From the NCBI GenBank assembly GCA_022425625.1, contig JAKMFD010000002.1, positions 1-59,428 of the forward strand: DNA of 59,428 nt, written 5' to 3'. The translations under genes were made by a program, and so were the position numbers. The notes under the pieces are model-generated. The model did not search any database, had not been told where the DNA came from, and worked only from the letters and a program-made list of their open reading frames with translations. The DNA comes from Crocinitomicaceae bacterium. Its GTDB lineage: Bacteria > Bacteroidota > Bacteroidia > Flavobacteriales_D > Crocinitomicaceae. Shown piece after piece: positions 7,138 to 16,870 of this stretch (within the stretch, counting starts at the first letter, position 1; each line of letters starts with the position of its first letter).

Positions 7138-9975
7138 ATGAAATCAATTTTTACCCTTATTTTAATATTAGCCGTAACACCCTTTATTTCAGCCCAAAAA
7201 TATTCTAGAGTTAAAGTGATTGCTAACAATCAAGAGTTACTTCAAATTTCGAATTTAGGAGTTGCAGTTGACCACGGGATTCGAAAGAAAAACACCTTTT
7301 TAATAACAGATTTGTCTGAACAAGAAATCGATATTTTGGACAATTATGGTTATGCTTACGAGATTGAAATCGATGATGTTAAAGCCTTCTACAAAGAACG
7401 ATTAAGTAAACCTGCATCGCACCCTTTTCTAAAAAATGCGGATTGTGCCGGTGGTTCTGGTGGTTCTGGTGGATTTGAACCAGCTGTTCCTTCAAATTTC
7501 AATCTTGGTTCTATGGGAGGTTATCTTACCTATGAAGAAATGCTCGCGGAGCTTGATGACATGCATACCCAATATCCCGATTTGATTACAGCCAAAAGTC
7601 CTATTTCAAATTTTGAGACATACAATAATCGCCCGATTTATCATGTCAAAATATCGGATAATCCAAATTCGAATGAGGCAAATGAGCCGAACGTATTATA
7701 CTCAGCTATTCATCATGCAAGAGAACCAATGAGTTTAATGGAGACTATATTTTTCATGTGGTATTTACTTGAAAATTACGGGTCTGATGATGAGGTGACT
7801 TATCTGGTTGATCATACGAGAATGTTCTTCGTACCTTGTCTGAATCCGGACGGATACATTTACAATGAACAGACAGATCCTAACGGTGGTGGTATGTGGC
7901 GAAAAAACCGCAGAGACCACCCAAACAGTAATAATTTTGGTGTTGACCTAAATAGAAATTATTCCTATGGTTGGGGTACTACAGGAATCAGTTTTAATAC
8001 CAATAGTGATGTATATTGTGGTTCGGGACCATTTTCTGAACCAGAAACACAGGCAATGAAATGGTTGTCAGAAACCTATGATTTTGAAACGGCTTTTAAT
8101 GCCCACAGTTATTCTCCTGCTATTTTATTTCCGATTGGTACAACTGATGAAGAATTTGCTGACCACCACGATTATATTCAGGATTATACAAATCACATGT
8201 GTGAATACAATGGTTATCCGGCTTTTAAAAGTTCAGGATTGTATCCTGCTTCTGGTGATTCAGATGATTACATGTATAAAGAAGATATTGGGGCAGGTCA
8301 AAAGGATACTATTTTTGCACATACACCTGAGGTTGGAACATCTTTTTGGCCAGGAACCAATAACATAAACCCAACATGCCAAGAAATGGTTTTTTCAAAT
8401 CTAGTCTTGGCTCATGTTTCTAGAAACTATGTTGTTGTAAAGGATACGGATCCAGCTGTCGTTGCAACTCTTTCAGGTGATTTTAATCATTCAGCCAAAA
8501 GGTATGGTAGAGAAGCAGGTCCAGTTACAGTGTCGATAGAACCCTTGTTAAATATTAGTTCAGTTGGTAATGCTGTCGTTTATAATTTAAACCCATCAGA
8601 AGAACAAACAGGAACAATTTCTTATGACTTAAATTCAGGTATTCAATTTGGTGATGAGGTTAAGTTTATACTTAAAACAGACAATGGACTTTGGGTGAAA
8701 AAAGACACAATTACCAAAACCTATGGTGCAATTACATTGCAAGTTCTAGAGGATGCAACAAATACTAATAATTGGTCTGGAAATTGGGGAACAACGACAT
8801 CAACGTATGTTTCTCCAAATAAATCGTTTACAGATTCTCCAAATGGGAATTATGCGAACAACCAAACAAAAAGTCTGTATTATAATCCCGAAATTGATTT
8901 GACTAACGCTATTTCTGCCAAGGTTACTTTTTATGCAAAATGGGATATTGAGGCAAATTATGATTATGCTCAATTTCAGGTTTCTATAGATGGCGGAAAC
9001 TCATGGATTGGTCAATGCGGTCAATACACTGTCCCAGGTACGGATAATAATGGTAGTGTACAGCCTGATGGAGGGCCTGTTTATGAAGGAGTCGTTGCTA
9101 ATTGGGTATTAGAGGATATCAATTTAAGTGATTATTTAGGTGAAGTAGTCAACTTTAGATTTAGGCTTCGTTCTGATGGAGGTGTAACAGAGGATGGTTT
9201 TTATTTTGATGACTTCAAGGTTTTTTATAATGATGCTCCACAAGGTGTAGCTCCAGAGGCATCGTTTACACCATCAACCTATGAAATTTGTTCTGGCTCA
9301 GAGGTTGCTTTCAATGATTTTTCGTCTCAGCAACCAACTGAATGGGCTTGGGACTTTGGAGATGGTTCTACTTCTTCCGCTCAAAACCCAAGTCATGTAT
9401 TTACCGGCTCAGGCCCATATGTTGTTACACTTACAGTTTCCAATGAATTTGGTTCAAATTCAGCAGTCCAAACTATATTGGTAAATGCTTTACCAATAGT
9501 TGAAATAACAACAAATGATTCAGACAATATTGTTTGTATTAGTGATGGTTTAGTTCAACTTTCTGGTGTTCCTTCGGGTGCAGGATTTACAGGTCCTGGC
9601 ACAAATGGTACGGTATTCAATCCTCAAGTTGCTGGTGTGGGGACACACGTCATTACTGGAAGTTTTACTGATGAAAATGAATGTACAGGTCAAAGCAATA
9701 TTGAAATAACAGTGGAGCCCTGCGCGTCGGTTTCAGATTTCGCGTATTACGATATCACACTCTACCCAAACCCAAATGAAGGAATGTTCTTCATAGAGGG
9801 TATGGCTAAAGGAACAGCTTTTGAAATTTTGAATCTTCAAGGTCAAACCATTTATGCGTCAAAAATAGAAAGTCAAACGCAAGCAATAGATCTTTCTTTT
9901 ACTTCCAATGGGGTGTATATTTTACAAGCCAGAATTAATGGAATATCGTGTAGAATGAAATTCACGAGACTCTAA
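7138..9975 (+). CDS. Secreted M14-family zinc carboxypeptidase with a MAM/jelly-roll-like domain, a PKD domain and a T9SS type A C-terminal sorting domain.
   Basis: I moved the start to ATG 7138, which gives the signal peptide MKSIFTLILILAVTPFISAQ. The M14 motifs HHAREP, DLNRNY and AHSY are present. The PKD signature is WDFGDGSTS. The C-terminus is LYPNPNEGMFFIEG...GVYILQ.... Confidence 0.85.
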   Translation: MKSIFTLILILAVTPFISAQKYSRVKVIANNQELLQISNLGVAVDHGIRKKNTFLITDLSEQEIDILDNYGYAYEIEIDDVKAFYKERLSKPASHPFLKNADCAGGSGGSGGFEPAVPSNFNLGSMGGYLTYEEMLAELDDMHTQYPDLITAKSPISNFETYNNRPIYHVKISDNPNSNEANEPNVLYSAIHHAREPMSLMETIFFMWYLLENYGSDDEVTYLVDHTRMFFVPCLNPDGYIYNEQTDPNGGGMWRKNRRDHPNSNNFGVDLNRNYSYGWGTTGISFNTNSDVYCGSGPFSEPETQAMKWLSETYDFETAFNAHSYSPAILFPIGTTDEEFADHHDYIQDYTNHMCEYNGYPAFKSSGLYPASGDSDDYMYKEDIGAGQKDTIFAHTPEVGTSFWPGTNNINPTCQEMVFSNLVLAHVSRNYVVVKDTDPAVVATLSGDFNHSAKRYGREAGPVTVSIEPLLNISSVGNAVVYNLNPSEEQTGTISYDLNSGIQFGDEVKFILKTDNGLWVKKDTITKTYGAITLQVLEDATNTNNWSGNWGTTTSTYVSPNKSFTDSPNGNYANNQTKSLYYNPEIDLTNAISAKVTFYAKWDIEANYDYAQFQVSIDGGNSWIGQCGQYTVPGTDNNGSVQPDGGPVYEGVVANWVLEDINLSDYLGEVVNFRFRLRSDGGVTEDGFYFDDFKVFYNDAPQGVAPEASFTPSTYEICSGSEVAFNDFSSQQPTEWAWDFGDGSTSSAQNPSHVFTGSGPYVVTLTVSNEFGSNSAVQTILVNALPIVEITTNDSDNIVCISDGLVQLSGVPSGAGFTGPGTNGTVFNPQVAGVGTHVITGSFTDENECTGQSNIEITVEPCASVSDFAYYDITLYPNPNEGMFFIEGMAKGTAFEILNLQGQTIYASKIESQTQAIDLSFTSNGVYILQARINGISCRMKFTRL

Positions 9976-9983
9976 TTAAATCG

Positions 9984-10355
9984 CTAACCTCTTTGATGCC
10001 AAAAAGCAATACCTATAAACAAGGCTTGAAAGGGTAATCGAACAATGGCAGCGGTCTGACTTATGTCAATGGCTTGCTGCGCGGCTTCATTTTGGGCAAG
10101 GTATATATTAGCAGGAAAAACAGCGATCAATAAAACTATCAAGCCCCAACCTGCGACTTTTCTTGATTTTTGAAACAGTAACATCCCTCCCAAAAGGATT
10201 TCAAAAAAACCACTGATATATACAGCCTCTTGATGAAAGGGCAGATAATCAGGCATAATGGCTAGAAAGAAATCTGGGTCAATAAAATGTCTCATGCCTA
10301 CATAGATATATGCCGAGCTCATAAAATAGATCGTTATTTTTTTGAATAGGCTCAT
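9984..10355 (-). CDS. DoxX-like small integral membrane protein.
   Basis: It is 123 aa with about four hydrophobic helices. The pattern GFFEILLGG...FPANIY is typical of DoxX-like proteins. Confidence 0.55.
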   Translation of the reverse strand: MSLFKKITIYFMSSAYIYVGMRHFIDPDFFLAIMPDYLPFHQEAVYISGFFEILLGGMLLFQKSRKVAGWGLIVLLIAVFPANIYLAQNEAAQQAIDISQTAAIVRLPFQALFIGIAFWHQRG

Positions 10356-10372
10356 GATATTATTGAATTTTT

Positions 10373-11680
10373 CTAGATTGTAGAGATTCTTACCTTTTTC
10401 TTTTTAAGTCTCTCGTTATTCAGTTTATTGCACAATTCAGCGGCCTTTGAGCTTGAAACAGCCACAAATGCGCAGTCCGTCTTTAGTTCAATAACACCCA
10501 ATTCACTGCTGTCAAGTTCACCTTTTTTAATAAATAGCCCAGCGATGTCTCCCTTTGAGATTTTGTCACGTCTACCACCAGAAACAAAAAGTGTTTTCCA
10601 TTTATTCTTAGGGATTTTACCTCCTTCTATTATTTCTTTTGTTTTTATACCTCGGGCATATTCTGGAATTTTATCATTTTTCCCCTTTATACAAATTGCG
10701 GATCCATTTGTATTCATTCTTGCCGTCCGTCCATTACGATGCGTAAACTCTTCTTGTCTAGTAGGCATTTCATAATGCACGATGTAATCCAAGCCGGGTA
10801 TATCTATGCCTCTTGCTGCGAGGTCTGTTGCTAAGAGGGTTCGGTGACTGTAATTTCTAAATTGAATTAGGCTTCTTTCGCGTTCAATTTGTTCCATACC
10901 ACCAAAAAAGCAAGTATGTTCCACATTGTTTTCATCTAAAAACTCCGAAACTCCATCAAGTGTATCTTTAAAGTTACAAAATATAATCCCTCTTTTTTCT
11001 CCCAGGGTTTCTAGCAGATTTAATAATGTGTCTAGCGTGTTTTGTGTAGAATGAACCCATGATAAGTCAAGGATTTGAGATTTCGTATTTAAATAATCGA
11101 GTTTCACAGGATCGCCAAATTTTAAGAATCCAGGAACTTCCTCTTTATGTGTGGCAGAAGTAAGTATTTTTCTATCCAAAGCATAAAGAGATCCTACAAT
11201 TTCTTTCATTTCTTTTTCAAAACCAATCTCAAGAGATTTATCAAATTCATCAATAACAAGGCTTTTTATTCCGCTCAAAGTAATTCGGTCTCTTCTTATA
11301 TGGTCTGCAATCCTCCCCGGGGTTCCCACAAGTATTGCAGGTGCATGTGTGAGCTCTATTTTTTCTTTTGAGCCAGATCTTCCTCCGTACACGGCATTCA
11401 CCTTATATCCAGTACCCATATCTCTGATTACCTGCTCAATTTGAATAGCGAGTTCTCTTGCTGGCACAATGATTAGGAGTTGCGTTACAGAAAGTAATGG
11501 ATCTAATCGCTGAATTAGGGGTAGCAAAAAAGCCAAGGTTTTTCCCGTTCCAGTAGGTGAAAGAATGAGGATCTCTTTTGATTCGCCAATGGCATCAATA
11601 GCCTCATTTTGCATAGGGTTCAACTGTTCTATTCCCATTTTTTGCAAAATCTGGGACTGATTTTTTATTTGATTACTCAT
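10373..11680 (-). CDS. DEAD-box ATP-dependent RNA helicase with a DbpA-like C-terminal RNA-binding domain.
   Basis: Q motif and Walker A SPTGTGKT, then PARELA, motif II DEFD, SAT, and HRNGRTAR. The C-terminus ISKGDIAGLF...VRI resembles the DbpA RNA-binding domain. Confidence 0.9.
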   Translation of the reverse strand: MSNQIKNQSQILQKMGIEQLNPMQNEAIDAIGESKEILILSPTGTGKTLAFLLPLIQRLDPLLSVTQLLIIVPARELAIQIEQVIRDMGTGYKVNAVYGGRSGSKEKIELTHAPAILVGTPGRIADHIRRDRITLSGIKSLVIDEFDKSLEIGFEKEMKEIVGSLYALDRKILTSATHKEEVPGFLKFGDPVKLDYLNTKSQILDLSWVHSTQNTLDTLLNLLETLGEKRGIIFCNFKDTLDGVSEFLDENNVEHTCFFGGMEQIERERSLIQFRNYSHRTLLATDLAARGIDIPGLDYIVHYEMPTRQEEFTHRNGRTARMNTNGSAICIKGKNDKIPEYARGIKTKEIIEGGKIPKNKWKTLFVSGGRRDKISKGDIAGLFIKKGELDSSELGVIELKTDCAFVAVSSSKAAELCNKLNNERLKKKKVRISTI

Positions 11681-11753
11681 TATGGTTTTTGATCCTTCAA
11701 GGGACCAATTTTATTATAGATTCGTATTGAGTATCAATACAAATTAAAAGAAG

Positions 11754-11828
11754 TCGGGATGAGTGGATTCGAACCACCGATCTCGCGCCCCCCAGACGCG
11801 CACTTTAACCGGACTAAGCTACATCCCG
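11754..11828 (-). tRNA. tRNA-Pro (anticodon GGG).
   Basis: The reverse complement CGGGATGTAGCTTAGTCCGGTTAAAGTGCGCGTCTGGGGGGCGCGAGATCGGTGGTTCGAATCCACTCATCCCGA folds as a cloverleaf. The acceptor stem is CGGGATG/CATCCCG, the anticodon stem is CGCGT/GCGCG with loop CTGGGGG, and the T loop is GGTTCGAATCC. Confidence 0.85.
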
Positions 11829-11904
11829 AATTGGAGCGTAAAAATATGAAATTGTGTTTAAGTGACATAAGAAATCGCATTGTTCTTATTCGTAATTTTA
11901 CAAT

Positions 11905-12819
11905 ATGAAGAAGATTGGAGTCTGGATTGGAGCCATGCGATTAAGAACATTACCGCTTTCTATATCGGGAATAATGGTCGGGTCTGCGCTGGCTTTTTTA
12001 CTCGGAAATGGAAACGTGCAGATATTTTCTACAGCAATTTTAACAACTGTTTTGTTCCAGATCTTATCCAATTTAGCCAATGATTTAGGCGATAGCCAGA
12101 AGGGCGCAGACAATGCCGATAGAGTTGGGCCAAAGCGTGCCGTTCAATCGGGAGAGATTTCTCAATCAGAAATGAAAGTGGGTGTTGGTCTTTTTGTGAT
12201 TTTGTCTTTTGTTGCCGCAGGTGTACTTATTTATCTGAGTCTTCCTAATTTGTCAATTGAGTTGTTATACTTTTTTGCCGTCCTTGCTGTCCTTTGTGTT
12301 TTAGCGGCTATATTTTATACGATGGGTAAGTCCGCATATGGTTATAGTGGTTTCGGAGATATTATGGTTTTTATCTTTTTTGGTTTTGTAAGTGTAATAG
12401 GTGTTTTTTCGTTGTATGGCTTGAGTTTTGAGTGGCTTACATTATTACCATCAATAACAATTGGCGCGTGGAGTACTGCGGTTCTAAACTTAAATAACAT
12501 GCGTGATGTTGAGAATGACTCAGCATCTGGGAAGCGAACAATGGTTGTTAAAATTGGGTATGAAAAAGCGAAGTTATACCATGTTGGCTTACTCGTTCTT
12601 GGACTGATATCCTGGCTGATTTTGGTTTCAACATTTGTAATTATCACTTATAGTTTATTGCCAATAATAGCAATAGTTCCGTCAATCTTTATTGCTGGGC
12701 ATTTGAAAAGGGTATTCACGGCACCTCAACCTAGTGCTTTAGATAGTGAGCTGAAAAAAGTGGCATTTTTAACTTTTTTCTCAGCACTTTTCTTTGCTAC
12801 TGCGTTATTCTTTGTGTAA
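11905..12819 (+). CDS. menA: 1,4-dihydroxy-2-naphthoate polyprenyltransferase (UbiA superfamily; menaquinone biosynthesis).
   Basis: It is a polytopic membrane protein with the prenyltransferase motif NDLGDSQKGAD and the MenA-like segment RVGPKRAVQSG. Confidence 0.8.
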   Translation: MKKIGVWIGAMRLRTLPLSISGIMVGSALAFLLGNGNVQIFSTAILTTVLFQILSNLANDLGDSQKGADNADRVGPKRAVQSGEISQSEMKVGVGLFVILSFVAAGVLIYLSLPNLSIELLYFFAVLAVLCVLAAIFYTMGKSAYGYSGFGDIMVFIFFGFVSVIGVFSLYGLSFEWLTLLPSITIGAWSTAVLNLNNMRDVENDSASGKRTMVVKIGYEKAKLYHVGLLVLGLISWLILVSTFVIITYSLLPIIAIVPSIFIAGHLKRVFTAPQPSALDSELKKVAFLTFFSALFFATALFFV

Positions 12820-12875
12820 TTCTTGTTTTTACGTGAATTCTGATTTTCAGACTTTCATTGTGTGAGATAATTCAG

Positions 12876-12883
12876 TAAATTTG
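12876..12883 (+). promoter_or_regulatory. Candidate Bacteroidota -7 promoter box (TAAATTTG) for etfB.
   Basis: It matches the TAnnTTTG consensus exactly and lies 24 nt upstream of ATG 12908. Confidence 0.35.
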
Positions 12884-12907
12884 CAACACTTCAAATAACG
12901 ACAAAAG

Positions 12908-13648
12908 ATGAAAATATTAGTTTGTATTAGTAAGGCTCCAGATACAACATCAAAAATCTCGTTTTCTGATGGAAACACGAAGTTTGATGAGAATGGTGTG
13001 CAATTTATTGTAAATCCCTACGATGAGTGGTACGCTTTGGTCCGTGCCCTTGAAATTAAAGAATCAGACGGAGGACAAGTAACAATAATTACTGTTGGAG
13101 GAGCAGCTGATGACGCAGTGATTAGAAAAGCACTTGCAATTGGCGCAGACGATGCCGTGCGAATTGATGTCGAACCAAAAGACGCATATAGTGCAGCAAT
13201 GCAGATTGCTAATTACGCCAAGGAAAATACTTATGACTTGGTTTTAACGGGAAAAGAAACAATCAACTACAATGGATCTCAGTTTGGAGGTATGCTAGCT
13301 GAAGGTTTAGATATACCATTTATCTCGTTAGCAACGAAATTAAATGTAGCAGGTAATACATTAACGATTGAAAGAGAAATCATTGGTGGTGTTCAAGAAA
13401 TTCAGGTTGAAGCCCCTGCAGTAATTAGCTGCGCAAAAGGAATGGCTGAACAGCGAATACCTAATATGAGAGGAATTATGGCAGCGAGAACAAAACCTTT
13501 AAATGTGGTTGCAGCGCAAGATATTGAAGATTTAACTTCATTTGTTTCCTATGAAATGCCAGGAGAAAAGTCTGCAGTCAAAATGATTGACCCCGAGAAT
13601 ATGGATGAATTGGTTTCATTGTTGCACAGTGAAGCCAAAGTAATTTAA
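12908..13648 (+). CDS. etfB: Electron transfer flavoprotein, beta subunit.
   Basis: The N-terminus MKILVCISKAPDT... and the overall sequence are typical of EtfB. It sits directly upstream of etfA. Confidence 0.9.
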   Translation: MKILVCISKAPDTTSKISFSDGNTKFDENGVQFIVNPYDEWYALVRALEIKESDGGQVTIITVGGAADDAVIRKALAIGADDAVRIDVEPKDAYSAAMQIANYAKENTYDLVLTGKETINYNGSQFGGMLAEGLDIPFISLATKLNVAGNTLTIEREIIGGVQEIQVEAPAVISCAKGMAEQRIPNMRGIMAARTKPLNVVAAQDIEDLTSFVSYEMPGEKSAVKMIDPENMDELVSLLHSEAKVI

Positions 13649-13663
13649 ATAAAATTTTAGCCA

Positions 13664-14596
13664 ATGATTTTAGTATATATAAATTCTGAAAATGGTGTTT
13701 CTAAAGCTTCTTTGGAAGCAATAACATATGCCAATAAACTAGGAGATGTCGTTGCATTGAGTAATGGTTCATTATCGAACGATGAGCTTTCTACTTTAGG
13801 TAACTATGGGGCTTCCAAAGTACTCATTGATCGCGCTGTAAGTGGAGAAGATCAACAGCAAGTTGTAAAAATGATTGCTGAGGTTGCAGCTACCCATAGC
13901 GCAGATACAGTTGTTTTTGTTCACGATCTTTATGGAAAATCTATAGCTCCTATGCTTTCAGTTCGTATGAAGGCTGGATTGGTTTCTGGTGCTATTTCAT
14001 TGCCAGATGAGTCTGGTGCTATTGCAGTAAATGTATTTTCGGGAAAAGCTGTAGGCAAGGTGAAAGTTAATTCATCAGCCAAAATTATTTCTTTACTTCC
14101 AAATAGCTTGCCGCCAGAGGAACTTGGTTCGACATGTGGTGTTGAGGAGATTTCATCGAATGTGGGTGATGCTAGGATAAAAGTACTGTCTACTAAAAAG
14201 CCAGAAGGTGAAATCCCATTACCGGAAGCAGAGCTTGTTGTTTCTGCAGGTAGAGGTTTAAAAGGTCCTGAAAATTGGGGAATGATTGAGGAGTTAGCAA
14301 ATAATTTAGGAGCTGCAACAGCATGTTCAAGGCCTGTGGCAGATATCGGATGGAGACCTCATCATGAGCACGTTGGTCAAACAGGGGTAGCTATCAGACC
14401 TAATCTTTACATTGCAGTTGGAATTTCAGGAGCCATTCAGCATTTAGCTGGAGTCAATGGTTCTAAAGTAATTGTAGTGGTAAATACAGATCCTGAAGCA
14501 CCGTTCTTTAAAGCAGCTGATTACGGTATTGTAGGTGATGCCTTTGAAGTTGTGCCTCGATTAAATGAGGCGATTCAAAAATTCAAAGCTTCGTAA
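13664..14596 (+). CDS. etfA: Electron transfer flavoprotein, alpha subunit.
   Basis: It carries the FAD-binding signature PNLYIAVGISGAIQHLAG and lies 15 nt after etfB. Confidence 0.9.
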   Translation: MILVYINSENGVSKASLEAITYANKLGDVVALSNGSLSNDELSTLGNYGASKVLIDRAVSGEDQQQVVKMIAEVAATHSADTVVFVHDLYGKSIAPMLSVRMKAGLVSGAISLPDESGAIAVNVFSGKAVGKVKVNSSAKIISLLPNSLPPEELGSTCGVEEISSNVGDARIKVLSTKKPEGEIPLPEAELVVSAGRGLKGPENWGMIEELANNLGAATACSRPVADIGWRPHHEHVGQTGVAIRPNLYIAVGISGAIQHLAGVNGSKVIVVVNTDPEAPFFKAADYGIVGDAFEVVPRLNEAIQKFKAS

Positions 14597-14631
14597 AAAT
14601 ATATATAATGTTAAGCTTTAGCGCTTGAACT

Positions 14632-15231
14632 ATGCAGAAAGTAAGATTAGAAATTCAAGGTATTGCATATAGCCAGACTCAATCAGGCTCGTATGTGTTA
14701 ACCTTAATTGAGGCAGCAGGTAACAGAAAGCTCCCAATTGTCATTGGTGGTTTTGAGGCTCAAGCTATAGCTGTTGAATTAGAGAAAATGATACCTAACC
14801 GACCGTTAACTCATGATTTGTTTAAGTCGTTTTGCGTTTCTTATGATGTAACAATAAAGGAAGTCTTAATCTATAAATTTGAAGAAGGTGTTTTTTATGC
14901 GAAGCTAATTTGTGATAAAGAAGGTGTGCATACAGAAATTGACTCCAGGACTTCTGATGCCATAGCCGTTGGCGTTCGTTTTAACAGTCCAATATATACT
15001 TTTTCTAATGTTTTGGAAGATGCTGGCATTACCCAAGATCAAGAAGATGCTTTTGAAAGTGATTCTTTAGTGAGCCAAGATGATGATGATTTTGATATTG
15101 AGGAAACTGTTAACGATTACTCTTCAAGTTCAATGGAGGATCTTGAAAAACAGCTTCAGGGTGCTTTAGAACAAGAAGATTACGAGCTTGCATCGAAATT
15201 AAGAGATGAGATTAAAAAAAGAAATCCATAG
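14632..15231 (+). CDS. Bifunctional nuclease (BFN/DUF151) domain protein with a C-terminal UVR motif.
   Basis: The N-terminal region LPIVIGGFEAQAIA...RPLTHDL is DUF151-like. An acidic linker follows, then a UvrB/C-type motif YELASKLRDEIKKR. Confidence 0.75.
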   Translation: MQKVRLEIQGIAYSQTQSGSYVLTLIEAAGNRKLPIVIGGFEAQAIAVELEKMIPNRPLTHDLFKSFCVSYDVTIKEVLIYKFEEGVFYAKLICDKEGVHTEIDSRTSDAIAVGVRFNSPIYTFSNVLEDAGITQDQEDAFESDSLVSQDDDDFDIEETVNDYSSSSMEDLEKQLQGALEQEDYELASKLRDEIKKRNP

Positions 15232-16870
15232 AATAGGAATTGTTTTATTTTGTTGTGTTGCTATTGCAGGCTTCACAATTGCTTCAGGAAATAATACATT
15301 TGAGGATGAAGTTTATTACCGTTCAGGTAAAGTTTTAAAACTTTCAAAGTCAGGTACTTTTACAAATAATGATCAAGAACTATCAAAACACCTAAAAGGT
15401 ACTTGGACTGTTAAAAATGATAGCTTGTATCTCGAGCCTGAGACAATAACATTAGATAGAAGTAATGGCACCTCTGAATTGAATCATCGATCTGTTTTTT
15501 CAATTGCATATATTTCAGATAATAAGTTAACCTTAACTTCATCAAAAGGTAGGTTTTCATACCATGATTATAACAGTACCTATAAGACATCTGGATTTCC
15601 TTTAAATTCAATATTTAGAGGCATCATCGGGATGCTATTTTTGTTTCTTTTCGCTTATCTTTTAAGTAGAGATAGAAAAGCAATCAATTGGAGCTTAGTA
15701 ATTAAGGGTTCTGTTTTACAGCTCATTTTAGCACTTTTTATACTTAAAGTTCCTTTTGTTAGCACTGCTTTCGATTGGTTGGCCAAAGCATTCACTAAGG
15801 TGATTGACTTTTCTCATGAAGGTGCAATATTTCTTTTTGGATCCATGGGTGAAATGCCGCCAATGCTAGCAAACTTTGCTTTCTGGATTTTACCAACAGT
15901 GGTCTTCGTATCAGCTCTTTCGAGTTTAATGTATTATTTTGGTGTCCTCCAGTTTGTAGTCAAGAAAATGGCGTGGGTCATGAATAAATTTCTAGGTATT
16001 TCAGGTTCTGAAAGTGTGGCGGCGGCGGCTAATGTTTTTGTTGGTCAGACAGAGGCACCACTTCTTGTCAAGCCATATTTAGATAGAATGACAAAATCAG
16101 AGATGCTTTGTTTAATGGTAGGCGGTATGGCCACTATTGCGGGTGGGGTTCTTGGTGCAGTAGTCGGGATATTAGGGCAAGGTGATCCAGCTCTTGAATT
16201 GTTTTATGCCAAACATTTACTAACGGCCTCTTTAATGTCAGCCCCCGCAGCAATTGTGTTCGCAAAAATATTACTTCCAGAAACCGAGAAGATTAATAAA
16301 AATTTAGATGTTGCGAAGGATAAAATGGGTGTTAATGCTCTTGAAGCTATAACGAATGGTACGACCGACGGATTGAAACTTGCGGTAAATGTTGGTGCGA
16401 TGCTTTTGGTATTTACCAGTTTAATTGCACTATTAAATTATATTGTTTTTAAAATAGGCGATTGGACTACTCTAAATGCACTAATAGAATCAGGTGGGAT
16501 GTATGACAGGTTAAGTTTTGAAAGTATTTCAGGGTATCTCCTATCACCTTTAGCGTGGATTCTTGGTGTAGAATGGCAAGACGCAATGTACTTCGGTCAG
16601 CTTTTGGGTGAAAAAACAATAATAAATGAATTTATAGCTTATCCTCATTTGGGGGATATTCAAGACGAACTTTCTAATAAAACAATTATTATGTCTACGT
16701 ACGTCTTGTGCGGTTTTGCCAATATTGTCTCGATAGGTATTCAGGTAGGTGGTATTGGTATTTTAATACCAAAAAAGAAATCTATGCTGGCTCAATTAGG
16801 GTTATTAGCACTTGTCGGTGGTACGCTCGCCTGCATGTCTACTTCCGTATTGGCGGGCATGTTATTTTAG
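15206..16870 (+). CDS. NupC/CNT-family concentrative nucleoside transporter with an unusual N-terminal extension of about 135 aa.
   Basis: The CNT core runs from about residue 135 (LSRDRKAINW...GQTEAPL...) to the end. The extension has one hydrophobic helix and a soluble domain of about 100 aa. The ATG overlaps the upstream gene by 26 nt. Confidence 0.8.
   Translation: MRLKKEIHRIGIVLFCCVAIAGFTIASGNNTFEDEVYYRSGKVLKLSKSGTFTNNDQELSKHLKGTWTVKNDSLYLEPETITLDRSNGTSELNHRSVFSIAYISDNKLTLTSSKGRFSYHDYNSTYKTSGFPLNSIFRGIIGMLFLFLFAYLLSRDRKAINWSLVIKGSVLQLILALFILKVPFVSTAFDWLAKAFTKVIDFSHEGAIFLFGSMGEMPPMLANFAFWILPTVVFVSALSSLMYYFGVLQFVVKKMAWVMNKFLGISGSESVAAAANVFVGQTEAPLLVKPYLDRMTKSEMLCLMVGGMATIAGGVLGAVVGILGQGDPALELFYAKHLLTASLMSAPAAIVFAKILLPETEKINKNLDVAKDKMGVNALEAITNGTTDGLKLAVNVGAMLLVFTSLIALLNYIVFKIGDWTTLNALIESGGMYDRLSFESISGYLLSPLAWILGVEWQDAMYFGQLLGEKTIINEFIAYPHLGDIQDELSNKTIIMSTYVLCGFANIVSIGIQVGGIGILIPKKKSMLAQLGLLALVGGTLACMSTSVLAGMLF

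Noticed and set aside
7450-7473. A 9-bp tandem repeat, ggtggttct x2 plus a partial copy.
   Set aside because: It simply encodes a GGSGGSGG flexible linker inside the M14 carboxypeptidase.
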